From positions 512,001 to 576,000 of the forward strand of contig CBDIIB010000003.1 in the NCBI GenBank assembly GCA_965279525.1: 64,000 bases of DNA. The letters run 5' to 3'. The stretch is from Tagaea sp. Its GTDB lineage: Bacteria > Pseudomonadota > Alphaproteobacteria > CACIAM-22H2. Both the position numbers and the translations under genes were made by a program. The notes under the pieces were generated by a model. It made no database searches. It worked only from the letters and a program-made list of their open reading frames with translations, and was not told where the DNA came from. Positions 25,365-34,742 of this stretch are shown here, piece by piece; position 1 is the first letter of the stretch; each line of letters begins with the position of its first letter.

Positions 25365-26125
25365 CGGTCGTGGCGGAGGCCCCGCGTCTTCCGCCCGCCT
25401 ATCGTCTGGTCGCGCGGGACGCCGTCGGATCGACCAATGACGAGGCGCGCATCCTTGCCCGCGAAGGGGCCGAGGACGGCACGCTCGTGTGGGCGCGCGA
25501 GCAGACGGCCGGGCGCGGCCGGCAGGGGCGCGAATGGTCTTCGCCGCCGGGCAATCTCTATCTGTCATTGGTGTTGCGCCCCGAATGCCCGCCGCGCGAG
25601 GCGGTCCAGCTCGCGTTCGTCGCCGCATTGGGGACCGCCGGCATGCTGGGTCTGCATGTGCCACCGCTGATGCCGCTGCGCTTCAAATGGCCCAACGACA
25701 TCCTGCTGGGGCCGCGCAAGGTCGCCGGCATCCTGATCGAGGCCGAAGGGCAGGGCGACAATCTGGATTTCATGATCCTGGGGGTCGGCGTCAATCTGGT
25801 GTCGCACCCGCCCGAGGCGCGCATCCCGGCGACGGACCTGAAGACCGATACCGGCGAGACCGTGACGGCGGAGGAAGCGCTGGAAGGTTTCGCACGCCAC
25901 TTCATGATCTGGACGAACCGCTGGCTCGATGGCGGCTTCGCGCCCGTCCGCGAGGCGTGGCTTGCGCACGCGGCCGGCAAGGGCGAGCGGATCGAGGTGC
26001 GCCTGCCCAAGCAGACGCTGACCGGCACCTTCGCCGATCTGGATGCCACGGGTGCCCTGCTGCTCGACACGCAAGAAGGCCGGCGCACGATCACGGCCGG
26101 CGACGTCCATCTGGCGGGGATGTGA
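25361..26125 (+). CDS. birA: Biotin--[acetyl-CoA carboxylase] ligase
   Basis: [27 protein letters not shown]; no N-terminal HTH. Confidence 0.95.
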   Translation: MTVVAEAPRLPPAYRLVARDAVGSTNDEARILAREGAEDGTLVWAREQTAGRGRQGREWSSPPGNLYLSLVLRPECPPREAVQLAFVAALGTAGMLGLHVPPLMPLRFKWPNDILLGPRKVAGILIEAEGQGDNLDFMILGVGVNLVSHPPEARIPATDLKTDTGETVTAEEALEGFARHFMIWTNRWLDGGFAPVREAWLAHAAGKGERIEVRLPKQTLTGTFADLDATGALLLDTQEGRRTITAGDVHLAGM

Positions 26126-26130
26126 GCGGC

Positions 26131-26904
26131 ATGCTGCTGGTCGTCAATTCCAATAACACCAACACTGTTTTCGGCGCCTTCGAGGGGCAGGAGAAGCGCG
26201 CATCGTGGCGCATCTCGACCGATCCCAAGCGCACAGCCGACGAATACGCGGTGTGGCTCACCCACCTGATGGCGCTGCAGGGCATGAATCTCGCCCAGAT
26301 CGACGGCGTGATCATCTCGAACGTCGTGCCGCAGGCGATGTTCAACCTGCGCGACCTGTGCCGCCGCTACACGAAGGCCAACCCGGTCATCGTCGGCGAA
26401 AAGGGCGTCAATTACGGCATCGAGATCAAGATCGACCGGCCGGAAGAGGCGGGGGCCGACCGCATCGCCAACGCGGTGGGGGCACGGACCCGCTACAAGA
26501 TGCCGGGCGTCGTGGTCGATCTGGGAACGGCCACCACCTTCGACGTGCTCGACGCGCAAGGCAACTACACCGGCGGCACGATCAGCCCGGGCATCAATCT
26601 CGCCTTCGAAGCGCTCTACATGGGGGCGGCCAAGCTGCCGCGCATCGAGATCCGCCGCCCGGCCAAGGTCGTGGGCACCACGACCGTCGGCGCCATGCAG
26701 TCCGGCATCTTCTGGGGCTATGTCGGCCTGATCGAGGGCATCGGCAAGCGCATCGCCGACGAACTCGGCGTGCAGCCGACCTTCATCGGCACCGGCGGCC
26801 TCATCTCGATCGTGGCGGAGCACACGCCGCTCATTCAGCATGTCGACCCCGATCTGACGCTCAAGGGCCTCGTGGACATCCACGCGCTGAACGCCAACCG
26901 ATGA
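26131..26904 (+). CDS. coaX: Type III pantothenate kinase
   Basis: GADR, VDLGTATTFD, AMQSG, TGG motifs; birA-coaX-rnj synteny. Confidence 0.93.
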   Translation: MLLVVNSNNTNTVFGAFEGQEKRASWRISTDPKRTADEYAVWLTHLMALQGMNLAQIDGVIISNVVPQAMFNLRDLCRRYTKANPVIVGEKGVNYGIEIKIDRPEEAGADRIANAVGARTRYKMPGVVVDLGTATTFDVLDAQGNYTGGTISPGINLAFEALYMGAAKLPRIEIRRPAKVVGTTTVGAMQSGIFWGYVGLIEGIGKRIADELGVQPTFIGTGGLISIVAEHTPLIQHVDPDLTLKGLVDIHALNANR

Positions 26905-28553
26905 AGCGCGACGACGGACTCTACTTCCTCCCGCTCGGCGGCTCGGGCGAGATCGGCATGAACCTCAACCTCTACCGCTATCGCGGCAAGTGGCTGATGG
27001 TCGATCTGGGCGTCACGTTCGGCGACGGCACGGCTTCGGGCGTGGACGTCATCACGCCCGACCCCACCTTCATCGCCGAGAACCGTGACGACCTGATCGG
27101 GCTCGTGCTGACCCACGCGCACGAGGACCATCTGGGGGCCGTGCAGTATCTGTGGCCGATGCTGCGCTGCCCGATCTACGCCACGCCGTTCACGGCAACG
27201 TTCCTGAAGCTCAAGCTGCAGGAGACGGATTTCGGCAAGTCGGTGCCGATCCACACGATCGAGCAGGGCTCGACGCTGAAGCTCGGCGATTTCGAGATCG
27301 AGCTCCTGCACATCACGCACTCGATCCTCGAGCCCAACGCGCTGGCGATCCGCACGCCGGCGGGCACCGTCCTGCACACCGGCGACTGGAAGCTCGACGA
27401 CGATCCGGTCGTGGGGCCGGTAACCGACGAGGCCGCGTTCCGGCGCGTGGGCGACAGCGGCGTGCTGGCGCTCGTCGGGGATTCGACCAACGCCATCAAG
27501 GACGGCACCTCGGGTTCCGAAGGCTCGGTCGCCATCGAGATCGAGAAGCTGATCGCCCAGGCCCCGCAGCGCGTGGCGGTGGCGTGCTTCGCGTCCAACG
27601 TGGCGCGGGTCGAGACGATCGCGCGCGCGGCCAAGAAGGCGGGGCGCGAATGCGCGCTGGTCGGCCGCTCGCTGTGGCGCATCTACGAGGCGGCGCGCGA
27701 GAACGGCTACATGCGCGACCTGCCGCCCTTCCTGACCGAGAGCGACGCGGGCTACCTGCCACGCGACCGCGTGGTGATGCTGTGCACGGGCTCGCAGGGC
27801 GAACCGCGCGCGGCACTCTCCCGCATCGCCGAGGACCAGCACCCGCATGTGGTGCTTGAGGAAGGCGACTGGGTGCTGTTTTCCTCGCGCACCATCCCGG
27901 GCAACGAGAAGCCGGTCGGGCACATGCAGAACCAGCTGATGCGCCTGGGCGTGAAGGTCATCACCGACCGGGACGCGCCCATCCACGTCTCCGGCCATCC
28001 GTGCCGCGACGAACTGGCCGCGATGTACCAGTGGATCCGCCCGCGCGTCGCGATCCCGGTGCATGGCGAGCAGCGCCACATGGAAGCGCACGCCGAGCTC
28101 GCGCGCGCCTGCCAGGTGCCCTACGCGATGGTGCCGGCCAACGGCGACATCATCCGGCTCGACGGGCCGAACGGCCCCGAGCTGATCGAGCAGGTGCAGG
28201 CCGGCCGCTGGGGCGTGGACGGCGACCGCATGCTGCCGATGGACGGGGCGGTCGTGAAGGGGCGCGCCAAGCTCCTGTGGAACGGGGCCGTCGTCGCCAC
28301 GGTTGTGGTCGACCGCAAGGGAAGGCTGCTGTCCGATCCGCGCGTATCCGCGCCTGGCCTGATCGACCCCGCCGATCCGGCCGACGAACTGGCCGACGAC
28401 CTGATCGAGGCGGTGCGTGGCGCGGTCTCGCGCTGCCCCGACAAGGCACCCGATGACACGATCGCGGAAGCCGCGCGCCGGGCCGTGCGCAAGCTCGTAT
28501 CGCAGCGCCGCGGCAAGAAGCCGGTCGCCGAGATCCACGTCGTCCGGATCTGA
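26901..28553 (+). CDS. rnj: Ribonuclease J
   Basis: PLGGSGEIGMN, THAHEDHLG, HTGDWK, GSQGEP, HVSGH, PVHGE. Confidence 0.96.
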   Translation: MKRDDGLYFLPLGGSGEIGMNLNLYRYRGKWLMVDLGVTFGDGTASGVDVITPDPTFIAENRDDLIGLVLTHAHEDHLGAVQYLWPMLRCPIYATPFTATFLKLKLQETDFGKSVPIHTIEQGSTLKLGDFEIELLHITHSILEPNALAIRTPAGTVLHTGDWKLDDDPVVGPVTDEAAFRRVGDSGVLALVGDSTNAIKDGTSGSEGSVAIEIEKLIAQAPQRVAVACFASNVARVETIARAAKKAGRECALVGRSLWRIYEAARENGYMRDLPPFLTESDAGYLPRDRVVMLCTGSQGEPRAALSRIAEDQHPHVVLEEGDWVLFSSRTIPGNEKPVGHMQNQLMRLGVKVITDRDAPIHVSGHPCRDELAAMYQWIRPRVAIPVHGEQRHMEAHAELARACQVPYAMVPANGDIIRLDGPNGPELIEQVQAGRWGVDGDRMLPMDGAVVKGRAKLLWNGAVVATVVVDRKGRLLSDPRVSAPGLIDPADPADELADDLIEAVRGAVSRCPDKAPDDTIAEAARRAVRKLVSQRRGKKPVAEIHVVRI

Positions 28554-28555
28554 GT

Positions 28556-28656
28556 CCGCAAAAGTTAGTTGACGGAAGTTGACCGTCAACTCGCAACCCT
28601 TTGATTTAATTGTCAGGTGACGTTGACAATGAAATCCGGTTGACGAAACTTTGCGG
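28556..28656. repeat. About 100-bp palindromic element with five GTTGAC/GTCAAC copies and an IHF site
   Basis: Imperfect terminal IR ccgcaaaagtt/aactttgcgg; internal IRs agttgacgg/ccgtcaact and attgtca/tgacaat. Confidence 0.6.
28594..28606 (-). promoter_or_regulatory. IHF binding site
   Basis: Minus-strand AATCAAAGGGTTG is an exact WATCAANNNNTTR match. Confidence 0.55.
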
Positions 28657-28762
28657 CGGTTTTCCTGCACGAGATTCATTCTTTGATTGTATAGGAATAT
28701 GAGCAAAAATCAATTAAATAATCCTGTCGTCGGCCCGGCACCGCAATGCTATCTGTCTGGTC

Positions 28763-29167
28763 ATGATCGGACGCCTCAACCATGTCGCCATCGTCGTGCC
28801 GGACCTTGCCGTCGCCTCGAAGACCTATTCCGGCACGCTCGGCGCGAAGGTGTCGAAGCCGCTCGACATGCCGGCGCACGGCGTGACGACCGTGTTCGTC
28901 GAGCTGCCGAACACGAAGATCGAACTGCTGCATCCGCTGGGCGCCAACTCGCCGATCGCCAAGTTCCTGGCCGAGCATCCGTCGGGCGGCATGCACCACA
29001 TCTGCTACGAGGTCGACGACATCCTCGCCGCGCGAGACCGGCTGAAGGCGGAGGGGGCGCGCGTGCTGGGCGACGGCACGCCGAAAATCGGCGCCCACGA
29101 CAAGCCGGTGCTGTTCCTGCACCCCAAGGATTTCTGCGGCACGCTGGTCGAGCTCGAACAGGCATGA
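28763..29167 (+). CDS. mce: Methylmalonyl-CoA epimerase
   Basis: MIGRLNHVAI, KIELLHPLG, GGMHHICYEV, FLHPKDFCGTLVELEQ. Confidence 0.95.
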   Translation: MIGRLNHVAIVVPDLAVASKTYSGTLGAKVSKPLDMPAHGVTTVFVELPNTKIELLHPLGANSPIAKFLAEHPSGGMHHICYEVDDILAARDRLKAEGARVLGDGTPKIGAHDKPVLFLHPKDFCGTLVELEQA

Positions 29168-29424
29168 ACCCGTTCACGATCGCCGCGACCTACATCATCG
29201 TCTGGTGGATCGTGCTGTTCATGGTGCTGCCGGTCGGCATGAAGTCGAACCCGGACTCGCTCGGGCGCGGGCAGATGGCCGGCGCCCCCGAAAAGCCGAT
29301 GATGATGAAAAAGGTGATCTGGACCTCGATCATCGCCGCGGTGCTGACGGCCGGCATCGGCTTCGCCAGCGAATACGAGCTGCCGATGTTCGGCTTCGGT
29401 CCGCCGATCCCCACATCGCGATGA
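29164..29424 (+). CDS. DUF1467-family small membrane protein
   Basis: YIIVWWIVLFMVLPVG...GAP...KKVIWTS pattern; usual position after mce. Confidence 0.85.
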   Translation: MNPFTIAATYIIVWWIVLFMVLPVGMKSNPDSLGRGQMAGAPEKPMMMKKVIWTSIIAAVLTAGIGFASEYELPMFGFGPPIPTSR

Positions 29425-29978
29425 GCGGCTATTGCGCCTATGCGCGGACCAACGCGGTCCATGCGCCCTATCACGATACGGAGCACGGGTTCCCCACCGA
29501 CGACACGCGCGTGCTGTTCGAGCGGCTGATCCTCGAGATCAACCAGGCCGGCCTGTCGTGGGACCTGATGCTGAAGAAGCGCGCGGGTTTCCGGAAGGCC
29601 TATGCCGGCTTCGATCCGGCCAAGGTCGCGCGGTTCGGCGCCAAGGACGTGGCGCGCCTGCTGGCCGACGCGGGCATCGTGCGCAACCGGCTGAAGGTCG
29701 CCGCCGCCATCCACAACGCGGGCGTGATCCTGGAACTCGCGCGCGCGCATGGCTCTTTCGCCGCGTGGATCGCCGCAAACCACCCGCTGACGAAGGCCGA
29801 GTGGGTGAAGCTTTTCAAGAAGACCTTCAAGTTCACCGGCGGCGAGATCGTCGGCGAGTTCCTGATGAGCATCGGCTATCTGCCCGGCACGCACGCCGAG
29901 GATTGCGCGATCGGCCGGAAGATCGCGCGCGCGAAGCCGCCCTGGCTCGTCGCCCAAAAAGCGGGCTTCCGGTACTGA
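29421..29978 (+). CDS. tag: DNA-3-methyladenine glycosylase I
   Basis: YHDTEHG, LFERLILEINQAGLSW, GIVRNRLKV, FKFTG, C-terminal H...C zinc ligands. Confidence 0.92.
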   Translation: MSGYCAYARTNAVHAPYHDTEHGFPTDDTRVLFERLILEINQAGLSWDLMLKKRAGFRKAYAGFDPAKVARFGAKDVARLLADAGIVRNRLKVAAAIHNAGVILELARAHGSFAAWIAANHPLTKAEWVKLFKKTFKFTGGEIVGEFLMSIGYLPGTHAEDCAIGRKIARAKPPWLVAQKAGFRY

Positions 29979-30020
29979 ATCTGCTTCGGATCGAGGGGGC
30001 GGGCGATCGCGGGGGCCCGG

Positions 30021-30064
30021 ACAAACCAAAGCCCGGAGATCCTGTTCGGATCGTCCGGGCTTGG
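30021..30064 (-). terminator. Rho-independent terminator of the putative sRNA (may also serve the convergent tag transcript)
   Basis: Stem aagcccgga/tccgggctt with inner gatcc/ggatc; minus-strand tail TTTGGTTTGT. Confidence 0.7.
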
Positions 30065-30152
30065 CGGCGGTGTCTCCCCAAACTTGGGCCGTGATGCCTC
30101 AAGCGAATCTTGGTTCGTTCGAACCGTCGCCCCGTTCAGGGGTCATTGGTTG
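30021..30152 (-). ncRNA. Putative ~130-nt small RNA (unannotated)
   Basis: Minus-strand promoter TCGACA-N16-TATACT (30186-30159), three short hairpins and a terminator at 30021-30064; no convincing ORF. Confidence 0.6.
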
Positions 30153-30320
30153 GCGGGGAGTATAACTGCGACCCGGGACCTGTCGAGTAGATTCCGCAAG
30201 AATGGACGTGTACGAACGAAATGAAATTACTAATGGACTTGGTCGCGGGCGCTGCCTTTGCTGACCGGCCCGGAAAAAGCCAGAATGGCGGCGCGTTATG
30301 TCGGTCGGAAGGATATCCAC

Positions 30321-30773
30321 ATGCCCCGCTTTTCGCCGTCGCTCGCCGCCATCTTTCTGGTTGTCGCCTTGCCGGCGGCTGCCCAGACCCCGGCCAAGCC
30401 GGCGACTCCGGCCGCCACGAAAGTGCAGGTGACGGGGGTCGACTGCCGGCGCCTATTTATCGAGCACCGGCCGTCCGCCGATGTCGCGTACAAGCCCGGC
30501 GTCGACGTGCGGGGCAAGCCGGTCGCCTCGGCCGATCTCAATCCCACCCCGCAGATCAAGGTGCCCGAGACGGTCGCTTTCGACATCGCGGTCGACCTGA
30601 CGAGATTCGGGGTGCCGGCGACGTCGAAACTTTACCAGCCCAATGTGAAACTGGGCGAGGTGCGCATGGACGTCGCCTCGGGCCGCGTGCTCTATAACGG
30701 CGAGCCGCTGGGCAATCCCGAGATGGAGGCGCTGCGCGAGGCCTGCCGCCAGCAAGGCTTGGCACCGCGCTAG
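30321..30773 (+). CDS. Hypothetical secreted protein (150 aa)
   Basis: RBS AAGGA, signal peptide ending PAAA|Q, two Cys, host-like codon usage. Confidence 0.8.
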   Translation: MPRFSPSLAAIFLVVALPAAAQTPAKPATPAATKVQVTGVDCRRLFIEHRPSADVAYKPGVDVRGKPVASADLNPTPQIKVPETVAFDIAVDLTRFGVPATSKLYQPNVKLGEVRMDVASGRVLYNGEPLGNPEMEALREACRQQGLAPR

Positions 30774-30827
30774 GCTTCCCGTAGCTTGCCCGCCTGATTT
30801 CTCCAGACCCCGAGGTTAGACGCTTCC

Positions 30828-32150
30828 ATGCGCCTTTCGCGCTTCTTCCTGCCGACGATCAAGGAAAACCCGTCCGAGGCGCAGATCGTCTCGCACCGAC
30901 TGATGCTGCGCGCCGGCATGATCCGGCAGGAGGCGGCGGGCATCTATTCGTGGCTGCCGCTGGGCCTGCGCGTGCTGCGCCGCATCGAGCAGATCGTGCG
31001 CGAGGAGCAGAACCGGGCGGGCGCCATCGAAGTGCTGATGCCGACGATCCAGCCGGCCGACCTGTGGAAGACGAGCGGGCGCTACGACGACTACGGCAAG
31101 GAGATGCTGCGCATCGTCGACCGGCACGAGCGCGACATGCTCTACGGGCCGACGAACGAGGAGATGATCACCGACATCTTCCGCAGCTTCGTGAAGAGCT
31201 ACAAGGACCTGCCGCTCAACCTCTATCACATCCAGTGGAAGTTCCGCGACGAGGTGCGTCCGCGCTTCGGCGTGATGCGCGGGCGCGAATTCCTGATGAA
31301 GGACGCCTATTCGTTCGATACCGACGCCACGAAGGCGCGCGCTTCGTATAACCGGATGTTCGTCGCGTATCTGCGCACCTATGCGCGCATGGGCCTGAAG
31401 GCGATCCCGATGCGCGCCGATACCGGCCCGATCGGCGGCGACCTCAGCCACGAGTTCATCATCCTGGCCGACACCGGCGAATCCGAGGTCTATTGCGACG
31501 CGGCGTGGATGGACACAGACGTGCTGAAGCAGGACATCGATTTCTCGGCCGACCTGCAGCCGCTCGTCGAGGAATGGCTGTCGAAATACGCGGCCACCAG
31601 CGAGATGCACGATCCGGCCAAGTGCCCGGTCCCGGCCGATCGCCTGCGCAAGGCGCGCGGCATCGAGGTGGGTCACATCTTCTATTTCGGCACGAAGTAT
31701 TCGAAGCCCATGGGGGCGACGGTGGCCGGTGCCAACGGCGAGCCGATCACGGTCGAGATGGGGTCCTATGGCATCGGCGTATCGCGCCTGGCCGGTGCCA
31801 TCATCGAGGCGAGCCACGACGAGGCCGGCATCGTGTGGCCGGACGCGGTCGCACCGTTCGACGTGGCACTGGTGAACCTGCGCGTGGGCGATGCCAAGTG
31901 CGACGCCGCGTGCGAGGAGCTCTACGCGAAGCTCGCGACGGCCGGCAAGGACACGCTCTATGCCGACACCGCCGACAGTGCGGGTGCCAAGTTCGCGACG
32001 ATGGACCTGATCGGGCTGCCCTGGCAGCTCGTCGTCGGTCCGCGCGGGATCGCCAACGGCAAGGTCGAGCTCAAGCGCCGGCGCACCGGCGAGCGCGTGG
32101 AAATGTCGATCGACGAGGCGATGAACCGCCTGACCGCGTCGGCAGGCTGA
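30828..32150 (+). CDS. proS: Proline--tRNA ligase (short type, no editing domain)
   Basis: [57 protein letters not shown]. Confidence 0.97.
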   Translation: MRLSRFFLPTIKENPSEAQIVSHRLMLRAGMIRQEAAGIYSWLPLGLRVLRRIEQIVREEQNRAGAIEVLMPTIQPADLWKTSGRYDDYGKEMLRIVDRHERDMLYGPTNEEMITDIFRSFVKSYKDLPLNLYHIQWKFRDEVRPRFGVMRGREFLMKDAYSFDTDATKARASYNRMFVAYLRTYARMGLKAIPMRADTGPIGGDLSHEFIILADTGESEVYCDAAWMDTDVLKQDIDFSADLQPLVEEWLSKYAATSEMHDPAKCPVPADRLRKARGIEVGHIFYFGTKYSKPMGATVAGANGEPITVEMGSYGIGVSRLAGAIIEASHDEAGIVWPDAVAPFDVALVNLRVGDAKCDAACEELYAKLATAGKDTLYADTADSAGAKFATMDLIGLPWQLVVGPRGIANGKVELKRRRTGERVEMSIDEAMNRLTASAG

Positions 32151-32164
32151 GGGCGGGGACCGCG

Positions 32165-33415
32165 ATGGCCTGGTTCGACGCGTTCGAGCGCATGGTGGCG
32201 CTTCGCTACCTGCGCTCGCGCCGGCAGGAAGGCTTCATCTCGGTCATCGCTTGGTTCTCGCTGGGCGGCATCGCACTGGGCGTGGCCACGCTCATCATCG
32301 TCATGGCCGTGATGAACGGCTTCCGGGCCGAGCTGCTGGGCCGCATCCTCGGTCTCAACGGGCACATCACCGTCTACGGGCAGGGCGTGCCGCTCGAGGA
32401 CTGGTCGAAGACAGCCGAGCGCATCCGCGCGTTGCCCGACGTGCTCGACGCCTCGCCGCTGATTGAAGGCCAGGTGATGGCCACGGCCAACAACGTGTCG
32501 GGCGGCGCACTCGTGCGCGCGATCCGGCCCGAGGACCTCGCGCGCCGCACGCTGATCGTCTCGAACGTCAAGCGCGGTTCGCTCGCCGATTTCACGGGCG
32601 ACGATGCCGCAATGATCGGGGCGCGCATGGCAAGCCGCATGGGCCTCAATGTCGGCGACCGGATCACGCTCATCTCGCCGCAGGGCAACGTGACCGCGTT
32701 CGGCACGATGCCGCGCCTGCGTGCCTTCCGCGTGGCGGCGATCTTCGAGGTCGGCATGTTCGAGTACGACAACTCGTTCGTGTTCCTGCCGATGGAGGCG
32801 GGCAGCGTCTTCTTCCGCACCGGCGACGACGTGACGGGCATCGAGGTGTTCGTCAAGGACCCGCAGCGCGTATGGCTGGCGCGCCGCGCCATACTGGAAG
32901 CGGCCGGCCAGCCGGTGCGCACCTACGACTGGCAGCAGGCGAACTCCAGCTTCTTCAACGCCGTGCAGGTCGAGCGCAACGTCATGTTCCTGATCCTGAC
33001 GCTGATCATCCTCGTCGCGGCGTTCAACATCATCTCGTCGCTGATCATGCTGGTGAAGGACAAGACGCGCGACATCGCGATCCTGCGCACGATGGGTGCG
33101 TCGAGCGGCTCGATCCTGCGCATCTTCCTGATGGCCGGTGCCGCCGTCGGCGTGCTCGGCACGATGGGCGGGCTGGGGCTTGGCCTGCTCTTCAACGCCA
33201 ACATCGAATCGATCCGCCAGCTTCTGCAGACACTGACTGGCACGCAGCTCTTCTCGCCCGAGATCTATTTCCTCGCCCAGCTCCCGTCGAAGTCCGATCC
33301 GCGCGAGGTCGTCGAGGTCGTGGCGATGGCGCTGGGGCTCTCGTTCCTCGCGACGATCTATCCCGCCTGGCGTGCGGCCCGCCTCGATCCGGTGGAAGCG
33401 CTGCGCTATGAGTGA
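32165..33415 (+). CDS. lolE: Lipoprotein-releasing ABC transporter permease (LolC/E)
   Basis: [59 protein letters not shown]. Confidence 0.95.
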   Translation: MAWFDAFERMVALRYLRSRRQEGFISVIAWFSLGGIALGVATLIIVMAVMNGFRAELLGRILGLNGHITVYGQGVPLEDWSKTAERIRALPDVLDASPLIEGQVMATANNVSGGALVRAIRPEDLARRTLIVSNVKRGSLADFTGDDAAMIGARMASRMGLNVGDRITLISPQGNVTAFGTMPRLRAFRVAAIFEVGMFEYDNSFVFLPMEAGSVFFRTGDDVTGIEVFVKDPQRVWLARRAILEAAGQPVRTYDWQQANSSFFNAVQVERNVMFLILTLIILVAAFNIISSLIMLVKDKTRDIAILRTMGASSGSILRIFLMAGAAVGVLGTMGGLGLGLLFNANIESIRQLLQTLTGTQLFSPEIYFLAQLPSKSDPREVVEVVAMALGLSFLATIYPAWRAARLDPVEALRYE

Positions 33416-34088
33416 ACCCGCCCTCGAGATCGTCGGACTGCACCGGCGCTTCCGCACGGCGGCGGGCGAACTGCACGTGCTGCGCGGGGCGGAGCTCCGG
33501 CTCATGCCCGGCGAGTGCGTGGCGCTGGTCGGCCCGTCGGGTGCGGGCAAGTCCACGCTGCTGCATTGTGCGGGCCTGCTCGAGCGCCCGGACGAGGGAC
33601 AGGTGCGCGTCGGCGGGCAGGATTGCGGGTCGATGCCGGAAGCCGGACGCACGCGCCAGCGCCTCACGTCGCTGGGCTTCGTCTACCAGTTCCACCATCT
33701 GCTGCCCGAATTCTCGGCGCTGGAAAACACCATGATGCCGCTGCTGATCGCCGGGCGGCCGCGCGCCGAGGCTGCCGCGCGCGCAAGCGAGCTTCTCGCG
33801 CGCGTCGGCCTTGCCGGGCGCGCGGACCACCGGCCCACACGGCTTTCGGGCGGCGAGCAGCAGCGCGTGGCGATCGTGCGTGCGGTCGCCAATTCCCCGC
33901 GCGTGCTGCTGGCCGACGAGCCGACCGGCAATCTCGACCCGCGCACCGCCGACGGCGTGTTCGGCGAACTGATGGCGCTCGTGCGCAACACGGGCCTTGC
34001 TGCCCTCGTCGCGACGCACAACCCCGAGATCGCGGCCCGCATGGACCGCACGCTCGTCCTGAAGGACGGATTGCTGTCGCAGGCTTGA
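33408..34088 (+). CDS. lolD: Lipoprotein-releasing ABC transporter ATPase
   Basis: [27 protein letters not shown] (LolD motif), [17 protein letters not shown]. Confidence 0.95.
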   Translation: MSEPALEIVGLHRRFRTAAGELHVLRGAELRLMPGECVALVGPSGAGKSTLLHCAGLLERPDEGQVRVGGQDCGSMPEAGRTRQRLTSLGFVYQFHHLLPEFSALENTMMPLLIAGRPRAEAAARASELLARVGLAGRADHRPTRLSGGEQQRVAIVRAVANSPRVLLADEPTGNLDPRTADGVFGELMALVRNTGLAALVATHNPEIAARMDRTLVLKDGLLSQA

Positions 34089-34159
34089 CGCGGACGCGCC
34101 GGACCGGAACACTGTCGGGAAGGCTTGCGACTCGGGGACCCAAGGAATTGCAAAACGCA

Positions 34160-34735
34160 ATGCGCACCGTATTGATCTCGACCGTTCTCGCCCTTGCACT
34201 GGGTGCCTGCGGCATCGTCGGCGGAAGCCAGACGGCGTCGACGGGCAGCCAGCAGGGCGGCGGTTCGGGTGGCAATGCCACGCCGGGACCTGGCTTCACC
34301 AAGTTCTCCGACATCCCGATGCCGGCAAACAATACGATCGATCTCGAGCGCTCGCTGATCCTGGGCGGCGACCAGCAATGGACGGGCCGGCTCGTGATCA
34401 ATTCGGGCAGCTCTGTCGCCGACATGTACGAGTTCTACCGCCGCGAAATGCCGAATTTCGGCTGGCAGGAAGTTACGACCGTGCGCGCGGCAAACAGCGT
34501 GCTCGTCTTCCTTCAAGGCACGCGCGTGGCGACCGTCCAGATCGCGCCCAACCGCGGATTGCTGGGCGGTGCCACGGTTGATCTCACGATGGCGCCGCGC
34601 GGCGGGGCCGTCCCGAACCAGCGCAGCACGATCGAACCGGAAAACGCGCCGCAGCAGGCCAACCGGTCCGCACCGCCGTTGCCGGCCGTGCGCCGGCCAG
34701 GCGTGGAAAGCAATCCGCTTCCCGTCACGCGCTGA
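34160..34735 (+). CDS. Hypothetical lipoprotein
   Basis: Lipobox LGA|C after a hydrophobic stretch; RBS AAGGA; Gly/Ser linker followed by a globular domain. Confidence 0.8.
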   Translation: MRTVLISTVLALALGACGIVGGSQTASTGSQQGGGSGGNATPGPGFTKFSDIPMPANNTIDLERSLILGGDQQWTGRLVINSGSSVADMYEFYRREMPNFGWQEVTTVRAANSVLVFLQGTRVATVQIAPNRGLLGGATVDLTMAPRGGAVPNQRSTIEPENAPQQANRSAPPLPAVRRPGVESNPLPVTR

Positions 34736-34742
34736 GTTCCCC

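Noticed and set aside
28556-28656. CRISPR array or IS element
   Set aside because: Repeats are 6-9 bp with no repeat-spacer periodicity; no cas or transposase gene nearby
30021-30200. Possible 6S RNA or riboswitch
   Set aside because: No long rod with a central bubble, not next to the usual ygfA/zapA genes, and no downstream gene on that strand to regulate
30099-30320. 73-aa minus-strand ORF (or its 15-aa tail MTPERGDGSNEPRFA) overlapping the putative sRNA
   Set aside because: No RBS or recognisable features, and it spans the predicted promoter; a noncoding RNA explains the hairpins better, though a tiny peptide cannot be fully excluded
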